A stretch of 63,307 bases of DNA from Clostridia bacterium. Its GTDB lineage: Bacteria; Bacillota; Clostridia; Oscillospirales; CAG-272. The stretch's first letter is position 1. The number at the start of each line of letters is the position of its first letter. Positions 53,283-63,166 of the stretch are shown here, one piece after another. The stretch lies in assembly GCA_017412675.1 (NCBI GenBank), contig JAFPWV010000014.1, positions 1-63,307 on the forward strand, read 5' to 3'. The notes below the pieces were generated by a model. That model had not been told where the DNA came from, searched no databases, and saw only the letters and a program-made list of their open reading frames with translations. A program made the translations under genes and the position numbers.

Positions 53283-56200
53283 TCAGATCACGTTCATGAA
53301 GTACCGCATCCGGAGCTTTTCGAGTGCCGGGAGGGCGGCATAGACGGATGCCTGGATCTCCTTCAGGTATTCGGCAAGCGTTCCGAGCTCGCGGAAGGAG
53401 AGGGTCCCGCCGAATTCTTCCTTTTCGATGAGGTTCATCACATCGGTGATCCGGTGCTTGGAGATGTCTGCGTAATCCTCGTTGATGCGCACCGCGTATT
53501 CCGTGGGCAGTTCCCCGGTCTGCGGCGGTACGCCGAGTCCTCCGAAGAGGTCGAAGATGCAGTCCGTGATGGCGCGGGCGGATTTGTGGATGTCCGTCTC
53601 GCCGGCCTGATACTTCCGCTCGTCGAGCGCGTCGTCCACGAGCTTCTTCCGCTTGTAGGAGGCGCGTCCGGCGCGGATCTTGAGGAACGTCCAGATCGCG
53701 GCGAGGATGAGGATCGCGCCGAAGATGACGGACAGGGTGATGATCAGCGCGGTATAGTCGATCTCTTCCTCGGTGCCGAGGTCGACGACGATCTCTTCGG
53801 GCGCCGTGGTGTCGCGGACCGTGATCTTCGACTGGTCGAGGCCGTGCGACGAGGACGACGATTCGACGGTGTTCGGGTCGTACATCTCTTCCATGAAGGA
53901 CGGCGTGCATTCATACAGCACCCAGCCCATGGAGGGATAGTACACTTCGATCCAGGAGTGCGCGTCGTAGTCGCGGACGGACGTCCGGTAGGTCGAGACC
54001 GCCTCGGGGTCGTAGGTGCGGTTCCAGCTGTTGGCGATGTAGCCCTCGTCGTAGCGGACCGCAAAGCCCAGCTCGCGTAAGAGCGCGATCGCGGAGGTCG
54101 CAAAGTGGACGCAGTAGCCCTGCTTCACTTCAAAGAGGAAGGCTTCGAGATTGGACGGGGATTCGACGTGGTCGGCGGTCACGGGATTGCCCTCTTCATC
54201 GAGGACGGGCTGTCCGTTTTCGTCGAGGACGGGTTCCTGCTCCACCTCGGGATCGAGCGTGTAGGTGTAGTTCTCGCGCAGGTAGTTGAGGACCGCCATG
54301 ATGGCCTGATGCCGCGGGATCGTTTCGCCGGTCGCGGCGTCGGTGAACCACGAGGTCGTGACGTTGCCGTATTTCTCGGCGTTCGTCATGCGCTTGATCT
54401 GGTTCTCGTTCTTGGTTTCGAGATAGGATTTGTCGTGAACGTACTTCTCGCCCATCACGATGCCCGCGTCGTCGAGGATCTGCATCGCCAGATCATGGAT
54501 GGCGTCGCTGCCGAACGTGGTCCGGTAGGTCGATTCGGCGTAATCGCGGTAGTCGATCTCCTTCTCGTAGGCGTTCATGTAGGTCTTCCGCTCGGCGTTC
54601 GTCATGCCGAGGTACATGGTGACGAGCTGATCGGTCTTGTACCGGTAGCCGTGCGCTTCGCATTCGGCCTCGAACTGATCGGCGAGGAAGGTGAGATCCG
54701 TGCCGGTCATCAGAATCGTGCCGAGCGGCGTGTCGTATTCGTATTCGCGGTCCTCCTTGAAGAGGAGGTTCGAGGCGATCGCAGACTGGATGGCGTCGAC
54801 GGTCTCGGCGTACATGTGCGCGCGGTTGTAGTACCAGATCGAGCCTTCGAGGTTCTGGGCGAGGTCGGGATGCTTCATGACCGGGTTGAAGGAGGAGGTG
54901 GAATAGGTCGTTCCCTCTTCAAAGAACCGGGAGGAGTAGATGCCGTCGTAGTAGGCGGAGTATTTCTTCTGCGTGGGTTCGATGGAGCCGAAGTCCATGA
55001 TGCCGAGTCCCGCGTTCATGATCGACGGGACGAAGAGGATCTTCGAGGTACCGCTGTTCCGGCGCACATGGACCTGGAACACGCGGAAGCCGAAGTTGTC
55101 GACGTTGCGGTACTGGTCGACCTTGTGGACGTCGAGCGCGGACGGATAGACGTACTTTGCGAAGAAATAGGAGATGTTGTCCGGGGTGTAGGCCGATCCG
55201 AAGCGCTCGCGGTAGGCGATGACCTCTTCCGCGTCCGCCGAGGACCAGTAGTCCGTTTCGAGGTCGTAATTCGAGCCGATCCAGCTCCTCATGTAGACCG
55301 GGGCGGCATAGCTTGCCTCGGCGGTGAAGAGACGCTGACCGGTGTACTGCGGGGTGTTGAAGTCGACGTTGCGCGGGTTCAGCTCGGCGACGCCGCCGTA
55401 CATGGCGAGGGAGTTGAGGTCCACGTCGTCGCCCATGAGGTAGGCAGTGACGTAGGTCCGCGCGAGCTGCATCTTGTTGTTGATGAAGCCGATGATCGGG
55501 AAGTTCTTCTTGACCGCCGCGAGCGGGATCCAGATCGCCAGGAACGCGATGAGCATCGCCATGGCGCCCGCAAAGCCCGATGCCGCGCGGGTCTTGAAGT
55601 CACGGACCGCTCCTTCGTTTTTCTTCCGACGGGCAGCCTTTGCCGCGGCCTTCGCGTCGCTCTTCAGCTGGCAGACGGCTGCCGCTTCGTCCGCGTCGGG
55701 CTTCTTCGATTTCTTCAGCGCGACGGCGCGGGCGCGGAGGGCCTTCTTCTGCTCCTTCGCTGCGAGCCGCTCGGCCTTCTTCGCCTCTTTCGCGGCCTTT
55801 TTCGCTTCGATCTTTTCCTGCTTCTCACGCACAGCCATGCGCTTCGCGGCAGCCTTCGCGTCGGCTTTTTCCTTCTTGGCCTTCGCGTAGACGGCGGCGC
55901 GCGCTTTCTTGGCGGCTGCGACGGGAGAGCCCGCTTCGATCGCCGTGTTGAAGGCAGCCGTCGCGGCGTTCTTCAGATTCCGCTTTTCTTCCTTCGCGGC
56001 CTTTTTCGCAGCCTTCTTCGCGCGTTTCGCGGCGGCCTTCGCTTCCTTCTTTTCCTTCCGGCGCTGGAAGATGCCGCCGTAGATGCAGTCGAAGAGGTAG
56101 AGCGCGACGGCGCCGCAGATGAAGATCAAAACGCACGCCAGGCCCTTGTTCGAGCGGGTGATGTTGAACATGAAGACCGGGATCATGTACAGGGCGCAGA

Positions 56201-56870
56201 GGAACGCCACGCCGAGGGCCTTCACGCGCTTCGCCATGAAGAGGCCGAGCAGGAGCCCGGACACCACGATCACGGCGGCGACGGCGAATTTCAAGAGTCC
56301 CAGCCGGTCATAGGAGAACGGATCGTCCTTGATGTACTGCATGTAGGTCGTGTATCCGGCGTTCGCCATGTTGGAGAACACGAGCTCCTTCACGCAGCGG
56401 AAGGATTCGAGCATGTAGCCGACGGGATCGGTGTAATGCGAGAAGAGATAGGCCGCGATCCCGCCGATCACGAGGAAGGGCGAGAGGATGCGGGAGATCT
56501 TGTGCAGCGAGAGCGCCATCACGACGATGGTGACGAGCGCGCTCCAGAGGGCGATGAACGAGGCCGGCAGGATGATGTCCTCCGCCTTCGCGCCATTGAG
56601 GATGACGATCTTCAAGGCGTCGCAGAGGAAGAGGTTCAGGCCGAAGACGCCGAGGAAGAGGACCAGCGCGCGCAACGCCATGCCGATGACGGTGTAGGGC
56701 GTCGTCATCGAGGCCGCGGGGTTGACGGTCACGGGATCGAGCACCGTCTCCGCACGGACCTTCGCCTGCTTCTTCTGCGTGGCGTCGATCTTTTCCTGAA
56801 GGGTCGCGTTCTTTTTCCTGCGGAAGAGTCCGCCCTCTCCGGAAATAAAATTACGATTCACTTTATTCAT
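53283..56870 (-). CDS. Large polytopic membrane protein with a transglutaminase-like core (TgpA-like) and a Lys/Ala-rich insert
   Basis: 1195 aa with about 8 N-terminal TM segments, a Lys/Ala-rich stretch of ~155 aa and a large extracytoplasmic region. The transglutaminase Cys-His-Asp core is present (GYCVHFATS..., DAHSWIEVY). A C-terminal TM and a DUF4129-like tail follow. Confidence 0.8.
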   Translation of the reverse strand: MNKVNRNFISGEGGLFRRKKNATLQEKIDATQKKQAKVRAETVLDPVTVNPAASMTTPYTVIGMALRALVLFLGVFGLNLFLCDALKIVILNGAKAEDIILPASFIALWSALVTIVVMALSLHKISRILSPFLVIGGIAAYLFSHYTDPVGYMLESFRCVKELVFSNMANAGYTTYMQYIKDDPFSYDRLGLLKFAVAAVIVVSGLLLGLFMAKRVKALGVAFLCALYMIPVFMFNITRSNKGLACVLIFICGAVALYLFDCIYGGIFQRRKEKKEAKAAAKRAKKAAKKAAKEEKRNLKNAATAAFNTAIEAGSPVAAAKKARAAVYAKAKKEKADAKAAAKRMAVREKQEKIEAKKAAKEAKKAERLAAKEQKKALRARAVALKKSKKPDADEAAAVCQLKSDAKAAAKAARRKKNEGAVRDFKTRAASGFAGAMAMLIAFLAIWIPLAAVKKNFPIIGFINNKMQLARTYVTAYLMGDDVDLNSLAMYGGVAELNPRNVDFNTPQYTGQRLFTAEASYAAPVYMRSWIGSNYDLETDYWSSADAEEVIAYRERFGSAYTPDNISYFFAKYVYPSALDVHKVDQYRNVDNFGFRVFQVHVRRNSGTSKILFVPSIMNAGLGIMDFGSIEPTQKKYSAYYDGIYSSRFFEEGTTYSTSSFNPVMKHPDLAQNLEGSIWYYNRAHMYAETVDAIQSAIASNLLFKEDREYEYDTPLGTILMTGTDLTFLADQFEAECEAHGYRYKTDQLVTMYLGMTNAERKTYMNAYEKEIDYRDYAESTYRTTFGSDAIHDLAMQILDDAGIVMGEKYVHDKSYLETKNENQIKRMTNAEKYGNVTTSWFTDAATGETIPRHQAIMAVLNYLRENYTYTLDPEVEQEPVLDENGQPVLDEEGNPVTADHVESPSNLEAFLFEVKQGYCVHFATSAIALLRELGFAVRYDEGYIANSWNRTYDPEAVSTYRTSVRDYDAHSWIEVYYPSMGWVLYECTPSFMEEMYDPNTVESSSSSHGLDQSKITVRDTTAPEEIVVDLGTEEEIDYTALIITLSVIFGAILILAAIWTFLKIRAGRASYKRKKLVDDALDERKYQAGETDIHKSARAITDCIFDLFGGLGVPPQTGELPTEYAVRINEDYADISKHRITDVMNLIEKEEFGGTLSFRELGTLAEYLKEIQASVYAALPALEKLRMRYFMNVI

Positions 56871-56906
56871 GGGAAAATCCCTTCGTTATATCATTCGGGT
56901 CCGGGA

Positions 56907-58610
56907 TCAATGGGTCGCCGTCTGGAGCGTGTAGTGCCCGGTCTCATCCTTCACCGCAACGAGCTCGGTGAGGTCGACGCCGTCCTGCGCGAGCCGGATA
57001 CGGCTCATCTCCACGTATTCGCGGCGGATCTTCACGTCCTCGTACCGCTCCTCGGGGTTGAAGAGCAGCACTTCCGCCACGCAGCCGGTCCCCGCGCCGC
57101 CGAAGAGACCCGGGATCGCCGCATACTTGTTGAGCGACAGCGGGTCGAGGTTGGAGGTGCAGATCCGGATGGTGACGTTGAGGGATTCGCTGATGAGCGG
57201 GAGCAGGCTCGTGACGTTCTGCTTCTCGGAGCACGGCGGCGTGGTCGCAAAGACGGGATAGACGGCGTCGAAGTCCTCGGGACAGGTCAGCTGCACCGCG
57301 GCGACGCCTCCCTCCTGACGGCGGTCCGCCCAGATGAGGGTCACGTCGTTTCCGTTGCGGAGCTCATTCAGCACCGCGCCGATCGACATCTCGACGACGC
57401 CGTCCGCGCAGAACTCGTCCATATCGGGCGCGTATTCCGGCTTGATGATGCCGCCGATCGCCAGGGCGTTCTGGGTCTCGGCGTCGAGGCGTTTGCGCTC
57501 GTTCTCCGCGGCATTCGCGGCGTTCTGGGCGTCGGTCGTCCCGGTATCCTTCTTTTTATGATGGAAGAGGGATTTCTTCTCGTGCGGCTCGGTGCGTCCG
57601 GCTTTCGAGGCGGCCGCGCTGTCGATCATGTCGTCGATCATCGCCGCGGTATCGAGGCCCGCCGCGCTCATGCCGGCACGCGCGCGCTTGGCTGCCTTCT
57701 TCGCCGCCGCGTCCGCCTTCCGCGTCGCTTTATCGGGCTTTGCGGCCTTCAGCTTGACGTGGCGGTCCTTCGGCTTGCGCGCAGCCTCACGTTCGGCGCG
57801 TTCACGCTCCGCGCGGGTGTTCTCGTTCTCGAAGACCTCCGGCGGGATGGCGCGGGAGAAGTCGCAGAGCATGTAGACGCTCTGGCTCGTGTTGGTGTTG
57901 AATTCCTTCACCATGAGGGTGCCGTCGACGGCCTTGGACGAGAGCTTCCAGTGGATGCTCTTCAGACTGTCGCCGGGAATGTATTCGCGGATGTTGCCTA
58001 TCTCCGCCTTTTCGGTCGAGAACACGAGCTTCGCGGCGTCGTTCGGGATGTCCGTCGCAGAGGTGGTCATTTTCATGTGCATCCCGAGCTTGCGCGGGAA
58101 GACCAGCACGTTCTGGTAGATGTCCACGTCGAGGCGGATCGAAAACAGGCCGAGGAAGTCGGAGATATAGAGGCAGCGCACGCCGATCTCATACGTCCCG
58201 CGGTAGCGGAAGCTCGTCTCGTGATTGACGATGTAGCTCCCGAGCGGGGAGAGCGACATGGTGAGGGACTGCTCGGTGCAGCGGACGCCGTCCGGCTGGG
58301 GCACGCTCACGATGGCCTCGATGAAGGGATAGGCGAAGGGGGAGGCGTTGATGATGCGCAGCTCGTAATTCACCGGGTCGAGCTTTTCGACCTTCGTGAT
58401 ATCGGAACTGACGTAGATCCGGATCAGCGCCTTGCCGATGAGGACATAGATCACCGACACCAGCGGCAGAAGCGCAAGGAACCAGAACAGCACCGACGAG
58501 GCCGTCGCCCGGAGAGCCTGCGTGAAGACCAGCGCGAAAATGAGCAACAGGGCGTACAGGATCGCCGTCCGCCTGAATTTCACAAGGGGTCTTTTGATTA
58601 CAGTATCCAT
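56907..58610 (-). CDS. DUF58 domain-containing protein with a ~120-aa charged low-complexity insert
   Basis: Two N-terminal TM segments, then a DUF58 core (REY.PGD....IHWK.S........KEF). The insert at aa ~261-380 is rich in A, K, R and E. Confidence 0.8.
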   Translation of the reverse strand: MDTVIKRPLVKFRRTAILYALLLIFALVFTQALRATASSVLFWFLALLPLVSVIYVLIGKALIRIYVSSDITKVEKLDPVNYELRIINASPFAYPFIEAIVSVPQPDGVRCTEQSLTMSLSPLGSYIVNHETSFRYRGTYEIGVRCLYISDFLGLFSIRLDVDIYQNVLVFPRKLGMHMKMTTSATDIPNDAAKLVFSTEKAEIGNIREYIPGDSLKSIHWKLSSKAVDGTLMVKEFNTNTSQSVYMLCDFSRAIPPEVFENENTRAERERAEREAARKPKDRHVKLKAAKPDKATRKADAAAKKAAKRARAGMSAAGLDTAAMIDDMIDSAAASKAGRTEPHEKKSLFHHKKKDTGTTDAQNAANAAENERKRLDAETQNALAIGGIIKPEYAPDMDEFCADGVVEMSIGAVLNELRNGNDVTLIWADRRQEGGVAAVQLTCPEDFDAVYPVFATTPPCSEKQNVTSLLPLISESLNVTIRICTSNLDPLSLNKYAAIPGLFGGAGTGCVAEVLLFNPEERYEDVKIRREYVEMSRIRLAQDGVDLTELVAVKDETGHYTLQTATH

Positions 58611-58649
58611 GTTTGGCTCGTTTCTTTCGTTGGGAGATGGGGGACGGCG

Positions 58650-59624
58650 TTATCTCTGGGTCTTGAACGGCGCTTCGACGGAGCGGAGGATCTCGCCGAG
58701 GATGTCGGCCTGGGTTTCACGGTTGAGACGGGCTTCCTGGCTGAGCACGATGCGGTGCGCGATGCCGGGAATGAAGACAAACGCGATGTCCTCGGGGAGC
58801 ACGTAGTCGCGGCCGCGGAGGAAGGCGTACGCCTGGGAGAGCTTCATGAGGAGCAGGGATGCGCGCGGGGATGCGCCGAGGGAGAGCTTCGAGGACTTTC
58901 TCGTCGCATGAACGAGGCGCACGATGTAGCGGCAGATCTCCGGCTCGAGGGCGACCTGCTGGATGGCGGCGCGGATGCCGCGGATGGTCTCGACGTCGGT
59001 CACGGCGTTGACCTTTTCGATCGGGTTGATGCCGCGGCGGTCCGTGATGATGTTGACCTCTTCCTCCTCGGTCGGATAACCCATGGAGAGGCGGATCGCA
59101 AAACGGTCGAGCTGCGCTTCCGGAAGCGGATAGGTGCCGACGTAGCCGGTCGGGTTCTGCGTCGCGATGACCATGAAGGGATCCGGAACGCGGTAGGTCG
59201 TGCCGTCGACGGTGACCTTCGATTCTTCCATCGCCTCGAGCAGCGCGGACTGCGTCTTCGGGGAGGCGCGGTTGATTTCGTCCGCGAGCAGGATGTTGGT
59301 CATGACCAGACCTTCGCGGAACTCGAACATTTCCTTCTGGCGGTTATAGACGTTGAAGCCGGTGATGTCGGACGCCATGACGTCGGGGGTGAACTGCGCG
59401 CGGTTGAAGTCGAGACCGGCGGAGCGCGCGAGGGCGGCTGCCAGGGTGGTCTTGCCGGTGCCGGGGACGTCTTCGATCAGGACGTGGCCGCCGGAAAGCA
59501 TTGCGGTGACGAGGAGCACGATTTCGTTGTGCTTGCCGATGACGACCTTCTCCACTTCGGAGATGAGGGCCTGCGCTGCCTTATAGGAGCTTTCGGGGAC
59601 GGAAATTTTCGTTTCGTTTGCCAT
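58650..59624 (-). CDS. MoxR family AAA+ ATPase
   Basis: VIGK...I..L..A.L.GGHVL.EDVPG.GKT (Walker A), LLADEINRA (Walker B) and a C-terminal AAA lid. Confidence 0.9.
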   Translation of the reverse strand: MANETKISVPESSYKAAQALISEVEKVVIGKHNEIVLLVTAMLSGGHVLIEDVPGTGKTTLAAALARSAGLDFNRAQFTPDVMASDITGFNVYNRQKEMFEFREGLVMTNILLADEINRASPKTQSALLEAMEESKVTVDGTTYRVPDPFMVIATQNPTGYVGTYPLPEAQLDRFAIRLSMGYPTEEEEVNIITDRRGINPIEKVNAVTDVETIRGIRAAIQQVALEPEICRYIVRLVHATRKSSKLSLGASPRASLLLMKLSQAYAFLRGRDYVLPEDIAFVFIPGIAHRIVLSQEARLNRETQADILGEILRSVEAPFKTQR

Positions 59625-59697
59625 GATTCTCTGCTGCGGTATCGGGGACCGCTTCCTCCGTGATATGGTGGGTTTTTACTGTTATAGTGTTGTGGGT

Positions 59698-59726
59698 ATT
59701 TTAGCATATTTTCGGGCCGATTGCAA
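59698..59726 (-). promoter_or_regulatory. moxR operon promoter
   Basis: On the minus strand: TTGCAA (59726-59721), a 17-nt spacer, then TGCTAAAAT (-10 at 59703-59698). Confidence 0.5.
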
Positions 59727-59912
59727 GACCCATTCCGTGAATAATTACGTTTTTTTCGTTTTTTTCGGATAAAAAATGATGCGCAGGGTTCCCCCGCCCG
59801 CCCGAAACGCCTCCGGAATGCATTTTCTCACAGTTTCGGGACCTTCTCCCGCCGCCGCTTTTGCCGCTTTTCCCAAATCTTCGCCCGCGGGAGACTTTTT
59901 TTCCGAAAGCGG

Positions 59913-59941
59913 TTGTTTTAACGGCACGATTATGCTATACT
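59913..59941 (+). promoter_or_regulatory. Promoter of the FAD oxidoreductase trio
   Basis: TTGTTT (59913-59918), a 17-nt spacer, then TGCTATACT (-10 at 59936-59941). The ~80-nt leader contains two hairpins. Confidence 0.5.
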
Positions 59942-60024
59942 ACCGAGGGAAACTGCGGTTTCCTCCATCAGAGAATTCTTCCGCCGGCGCGCTCCGGCGA
60001 ACGATCAACAGGACGGTATCAACC

Positions 60025-61476
60025 ATGCTCTACGACGTACTCATCATCGGTGCCGGATGTACCGGTGTCATGACGGCGCGGCTGCTTTCCGCGAAGAACG
60101 TGAAGGTTGCCGTTGCCGAAGCGGGTCCGGATGTCGCCGTCGGCGCGACCGCGGCAAACTCCGCCATCGTCCACGCGGGTTACGACGCGAAGCCCGGCAC
60201 GCTGAAAGCGAAGCTGAACGTGCGCGGAAACCGGCTCATGAAGGAGCTGGCATCGACCCTCGGCGTGGAATGCAAGGGCGTCGGCTCCCATGTCGTCGGA
60301 TTCGGCGACGCGGATCTTGCAATGCTCGAGGAACTCCTCGCGCGCGGACGGGCGAACGGCGTTCCGGATCTCGAAATCATCGGGCAGGACCGACTCCGCG
60401 CGATGGAGCCGAACATCTCCCCCGAGGCGACGCATTCCCTCTGGGCGCCCACCGCCGCGATCACCTGCCCCTACGGCATCACCATCGCAGCCGCGGAGAA
60501 CGCAGTCACGAACGGCGTCGACTTCTATTTCAACTTCCGCGTGACCGACGCCTCCCGCGCCGGGAACATCCACTATATCACGAACGGCGAAGACACCCTC
60601 GCGGCGCGCTACGTCGTCAACTGCGCGGGCGTGCATTCGGCCGAGGTCGCGGCCATCCTCGGGGAGAACGACTTCCCGATCACGATCACGCCGCGCCGGG
60701 GCGAATACTTCATCCTCGACAAAGCCGTCGGCAATCTCGCACACTCCACCCTGTTCGTCTGTCCCTCCGACCGCGGCAAGGGCATCCTCGTCTCCCCCAC
60801 GGTGGACGGCAACCTCATCGTCGGCCCGAACGCCTATCCGATCGGGGACGGGGACGACCGCAGCACGACCGCCGAAGGACTCGCGGAGATCACGGCAGGT
60901 GCGCGGCGCATCATGCCGACCGTCCCGATGAACATGGCGATCACCTCCTTCGCGGGAGTACGCGCCACGCCGAATCAGTACGACTTCTATCTCGAAGCCT
61001 CGAAGCAGATCCCGGGCGTTGTCCATGCCGTCGGCGTGGAATCCCCCGGCTTCGCGTCCTCTCCGGCAACCGCGGAATATCTCGTCGGTCTGCTCGAAGA
61101 ATCGGGCCTCGCGCTCACGGACAAGCCGGATTACATCCCGACCCGCCGCCGCGACGGGAACCACATCCAGTGGAACCGCCTCACGGAGGAGGAGAGGGCC
61201 GCGAAGTGCCGCGAGAATCCGGCATACGGCAAGATCGTCTGCCGCTGCGAGACCGTGACCGAGGGGGATCTGATCGACATGCTCTCCGCGCCGATCCCCG
61301 CCGTCACCGTCGACATGATGAAGAAGCGCCTGCGCGCGGGCATGGGGCGGTGTCAGGGAGGCTTCTGCTCTCCCCGTGTCGCCGCGCTGATCGCCGAGCG
61401 CACCGGACGCGGACTCGATGAGATCAACAAATCCGGCCCCGGCTCGTGGCTCGTCACGAAAAGAGAGGAGGGTTGA
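60025..61476 (+). CDS. FAD-dependent oxidoreductase (GlpA/GlpD/LhgO-like) with a C-terminal BFD-like [2Fe-2S] domain
   Basis: The start at MLYDVLIIGAGCTG carries the dinucleotide-binding motif. The C-terminus has CRCE.VT.G....M...........K...RAGMG.CQGGFC. The ORF-track N-terminal extension is non-homologous. Confidence 0.85.
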   Translation: MLYDVLIIGAGCTGVMTARLLSAKNVKVAVAEAGPDVAVGATAANSAIVHAGYDAKPGTLKAKLNVRGNRLMKELASTLGVECKGVGSHVVGFGDADLAMLEELLARGRANGVPDLEIIGQDRLRAMEPNISPEATHSLWAPTAAITCPYGITIAAAENAVTNGVDFYFNFRVTDASRAGNIHYITNGEDTLAARYVVNCAGVHSAEVAAILGENDFPITITPRRGEYFILDKAVGNLAHSTLFVCPSDRGKGILVSPTVDGNLIVGPNAYPIGDGDDRSTTAEGLAEITAGARRIMPTVPMNMAITSFAGVRATPNQYDFYLEASKQIPGVVHAVGVESPGFASSPATAEYLVGLLEESGLALTDKPDYIPTRRRDGNHIQWNRLTEEERAAKCRENPAYGKIVCRCETVTEGDLIDMLSAPIPAVTVDMMKKRLRAGMGRCQGGFCSPRVAALIAERTGRGLDEINKSGPGSWLVTKREEG

Positions 61477-61478
61477 CG

Positions 61479-62777
61479 ATGGCAGCGCATAAACTCATCA
61501 TCATCGGCGGCGGTCCCGCGGGCCTATCCGCAGCGGTCGCAGCCGTCGACGCAGGGCTCGCCCCGGAGGACATCCTCGTCCTCGAGCGGGACAGCGAACC
61601 CGGCGGCATCCTCAATCAATGCATCCACGCGGGCTTCGGCCTCCACCGCTTCGGCGAGGAGCTGACCGGGCCCGAATACAGCGGACGGTACATCGCCATG
61701 GCGCGCGAGCGGGGGATCCCGATCCTCTGCAACGCGATGGTGCTCTCCCTCACCGACGACCGCCGCGTCACCTTCGTCTCCCCCGAAACGGGATACACCA
61801 CCGTGGATGCGGAGGCCGTGATCCTCGCGATGGGCTGCCGGGAGAGGACCCGCGGCGCGCTCGGCATCCCGGGTACCCGTCCCTCCGGCGTCTATACGGC
61901 GGGATGCGCCCAGCGGTACATCAACATCGAGGGCTACATGCCCGGCCGCCGGGTCGTCATCCTCGGTTCCGGCGACATCGGCCTCATCATGGCCCGCCGC
62001 ATGACGCTAGAAGGCGCGAAAGTCCTCGCCGTCTGCGAGATCATGCCCTACTCCGGCGGACTGGCGCGCAACATCGTGCAATGCCTCGACGATTTCGGCA
62101 TTCCGCTCAAGCTCTCGCACACCGTCGTTCAGATCCACGGGCGTGACCGCGTCGAAGGCGTGACCGTCGCCGCCGTGGACGAGGCGAACGGACGCCGCCC
62201 GATCCCGGGGACCGAAGAGTACTTCGCGTGCGACACGCTGCTCCTCTCCGTCGGTCTGATCCCGGAGAACGAGCTGACGCGCGGCGCGGGCATCACGCTC
62301 GACCGCATGACGAACGGCGCGTCCGTCAACCAGTTCCGCGAGACCTCCGCGCCCGGCATCTATGCCTGCGGGAACGTGCTCCACGTCCACGACCTCGTCG
62401 ACTATGTGTCCGAAGAGGCCGACACCGCGGGACGCGCGGCCGCAGCCCGGATCCTCGGCAATGCCGCCCCCGTCGTCCGCTCCGTGAAGCTCACGACCGG
62501 TCACGGCATCCGCTACACCGTTCCGGAGCGCATCGATCTCGCCGAAGAACCCGAGGACGTGCGGATCTTCTTCCGCGTGACCGACGTCTTCAAGAAGGTC
62601 CGGCTGACCGTTGAGACGGCGGCGGGCGCGATCCTCGTGAACAAGGCGAAATCCGCCGCGGCGCCGGGCGAGATGGAATCGCTCACGATCCCGGCGGCCA
62701 AGCTCAGAGAGGTTTTGGCATCCGGTACGGAAGAGATCCTCGTAAAGCTGACGGAGACGGGAGGGGACAAATCATGA
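61479..62777 (+). CDS. NAD(P)/FAD-dependent pyridine nucleotide-disulfide oxidoreductase family protein (second subunit of the trio)
   Basis: Two dinucleotide motifs (IIIGGGPAGLSAA and VILGSGDIGL). The ATG at 61479 has a GAGGAGGG RBS. Confidence 0.85.
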   Translation: MAAHKLIIIGGGPAGLSAAVAAVDAGLAPEDILVLERDSEPGGILNQCIHAGFGLHRFGEELTGPEYSGRYIAMARERGIPILCNAMVLSLTDDRRVTFVSPETGYTTVDAEAVILAMGCRERTRGALGIPGTRPSGVYTAGCAQRYINIEGYMPGRRVVILGSGDIGLIMARRMTLEGAKVLAVCEIMPYSGGLARNIVQCLDDFGIPLKLSHTVVQIHGRDRVEGVTVAAVDEANGRRPIPGTEEYFACDTLLLSVGLIPENELTRGAGITLDRMTNGASVNQFRETSAPGIYACGNVLHVHDLVDYVSEEADTAGRAAAARILGNAAPVVRSVKLTTGHGIRYTVPERIDLAEEPEDVRIFFRVTDVFKKVRLTVETAAGAILVNKAKSAAAPGEMESLTIPAAKLREVLASGTEEILVKLTETGGDKS

Positions 62778-63139
62778 CAACGAAAGAGCTGACCTGCGTC
62801 GTCTGTCCGGCGGGATGCCGCATCACCGTCACGCTGAACGACGCCAGCGCGATCGAATCGATCGAAGGATACACCTGCCTGCGCGGCAAAACCTACGCGG
62901 CGAACGAAGTCACCCATCCGGTCCGGACGCTGACCTCGACGGTCCCCGTGATGACGGCGGAGGGCAAAAAGATGCTCCCGGTCCGCACCAACGCCGGGAT
63001 CCCGCGCGAAAGCCTCTTCGAGGCGATGAAGATCGTGCGCGCGACGGCTGTGAAGGCGCCCGTCCACACGGGAGACATCCTCGTCGCCGACTTCATCGAG
63101 CCCGGCACCAACCTCATCGCGTGCAAGGATTTTGAATAA
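62774..63139 (+). CDS. DUF1667 domain-containing protein
   Basis: 121 aa with the CVVCP.GC motif. The ATGA start overlaps the upstream stop. It is the typical third gene after the two oxidoreductases. Confidence 0.8.
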   Translation: MTTKELTCVVCPAGCRITVTLNDASAIESIEGYTCLRGKTYAANEVTHPVRTLTSTVPVMTAEGKKMLPVRTNAGIPRESLFEAMKIVRATAVKAPVHTGDILVADFIEPGTNLIACKDFE

Positions 63140-63166
63140 ACGGCATGACAAAAGCCGGATCCGTCG

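Noticed and set aside
55560-56080. Repetitive GCC/TTC-rich DNA that at first looks like a tandem-repeat or CRISPR-like array
   Set aside because: There are no regularly spaced identical repeats. The periodicity is that of codons for Lys/Ala-rich protein sequence within a continuous, well-supported ORF.
54105-59663. 1852-aa plus-strand ORF across the MoxR/DUF58/transglutaminase operon
   Set aside because: It is a shadow frame running through three minus-strand genes and both intergenic gaps. It has no motifs and an extreme G/R/V/D/E/H bias.
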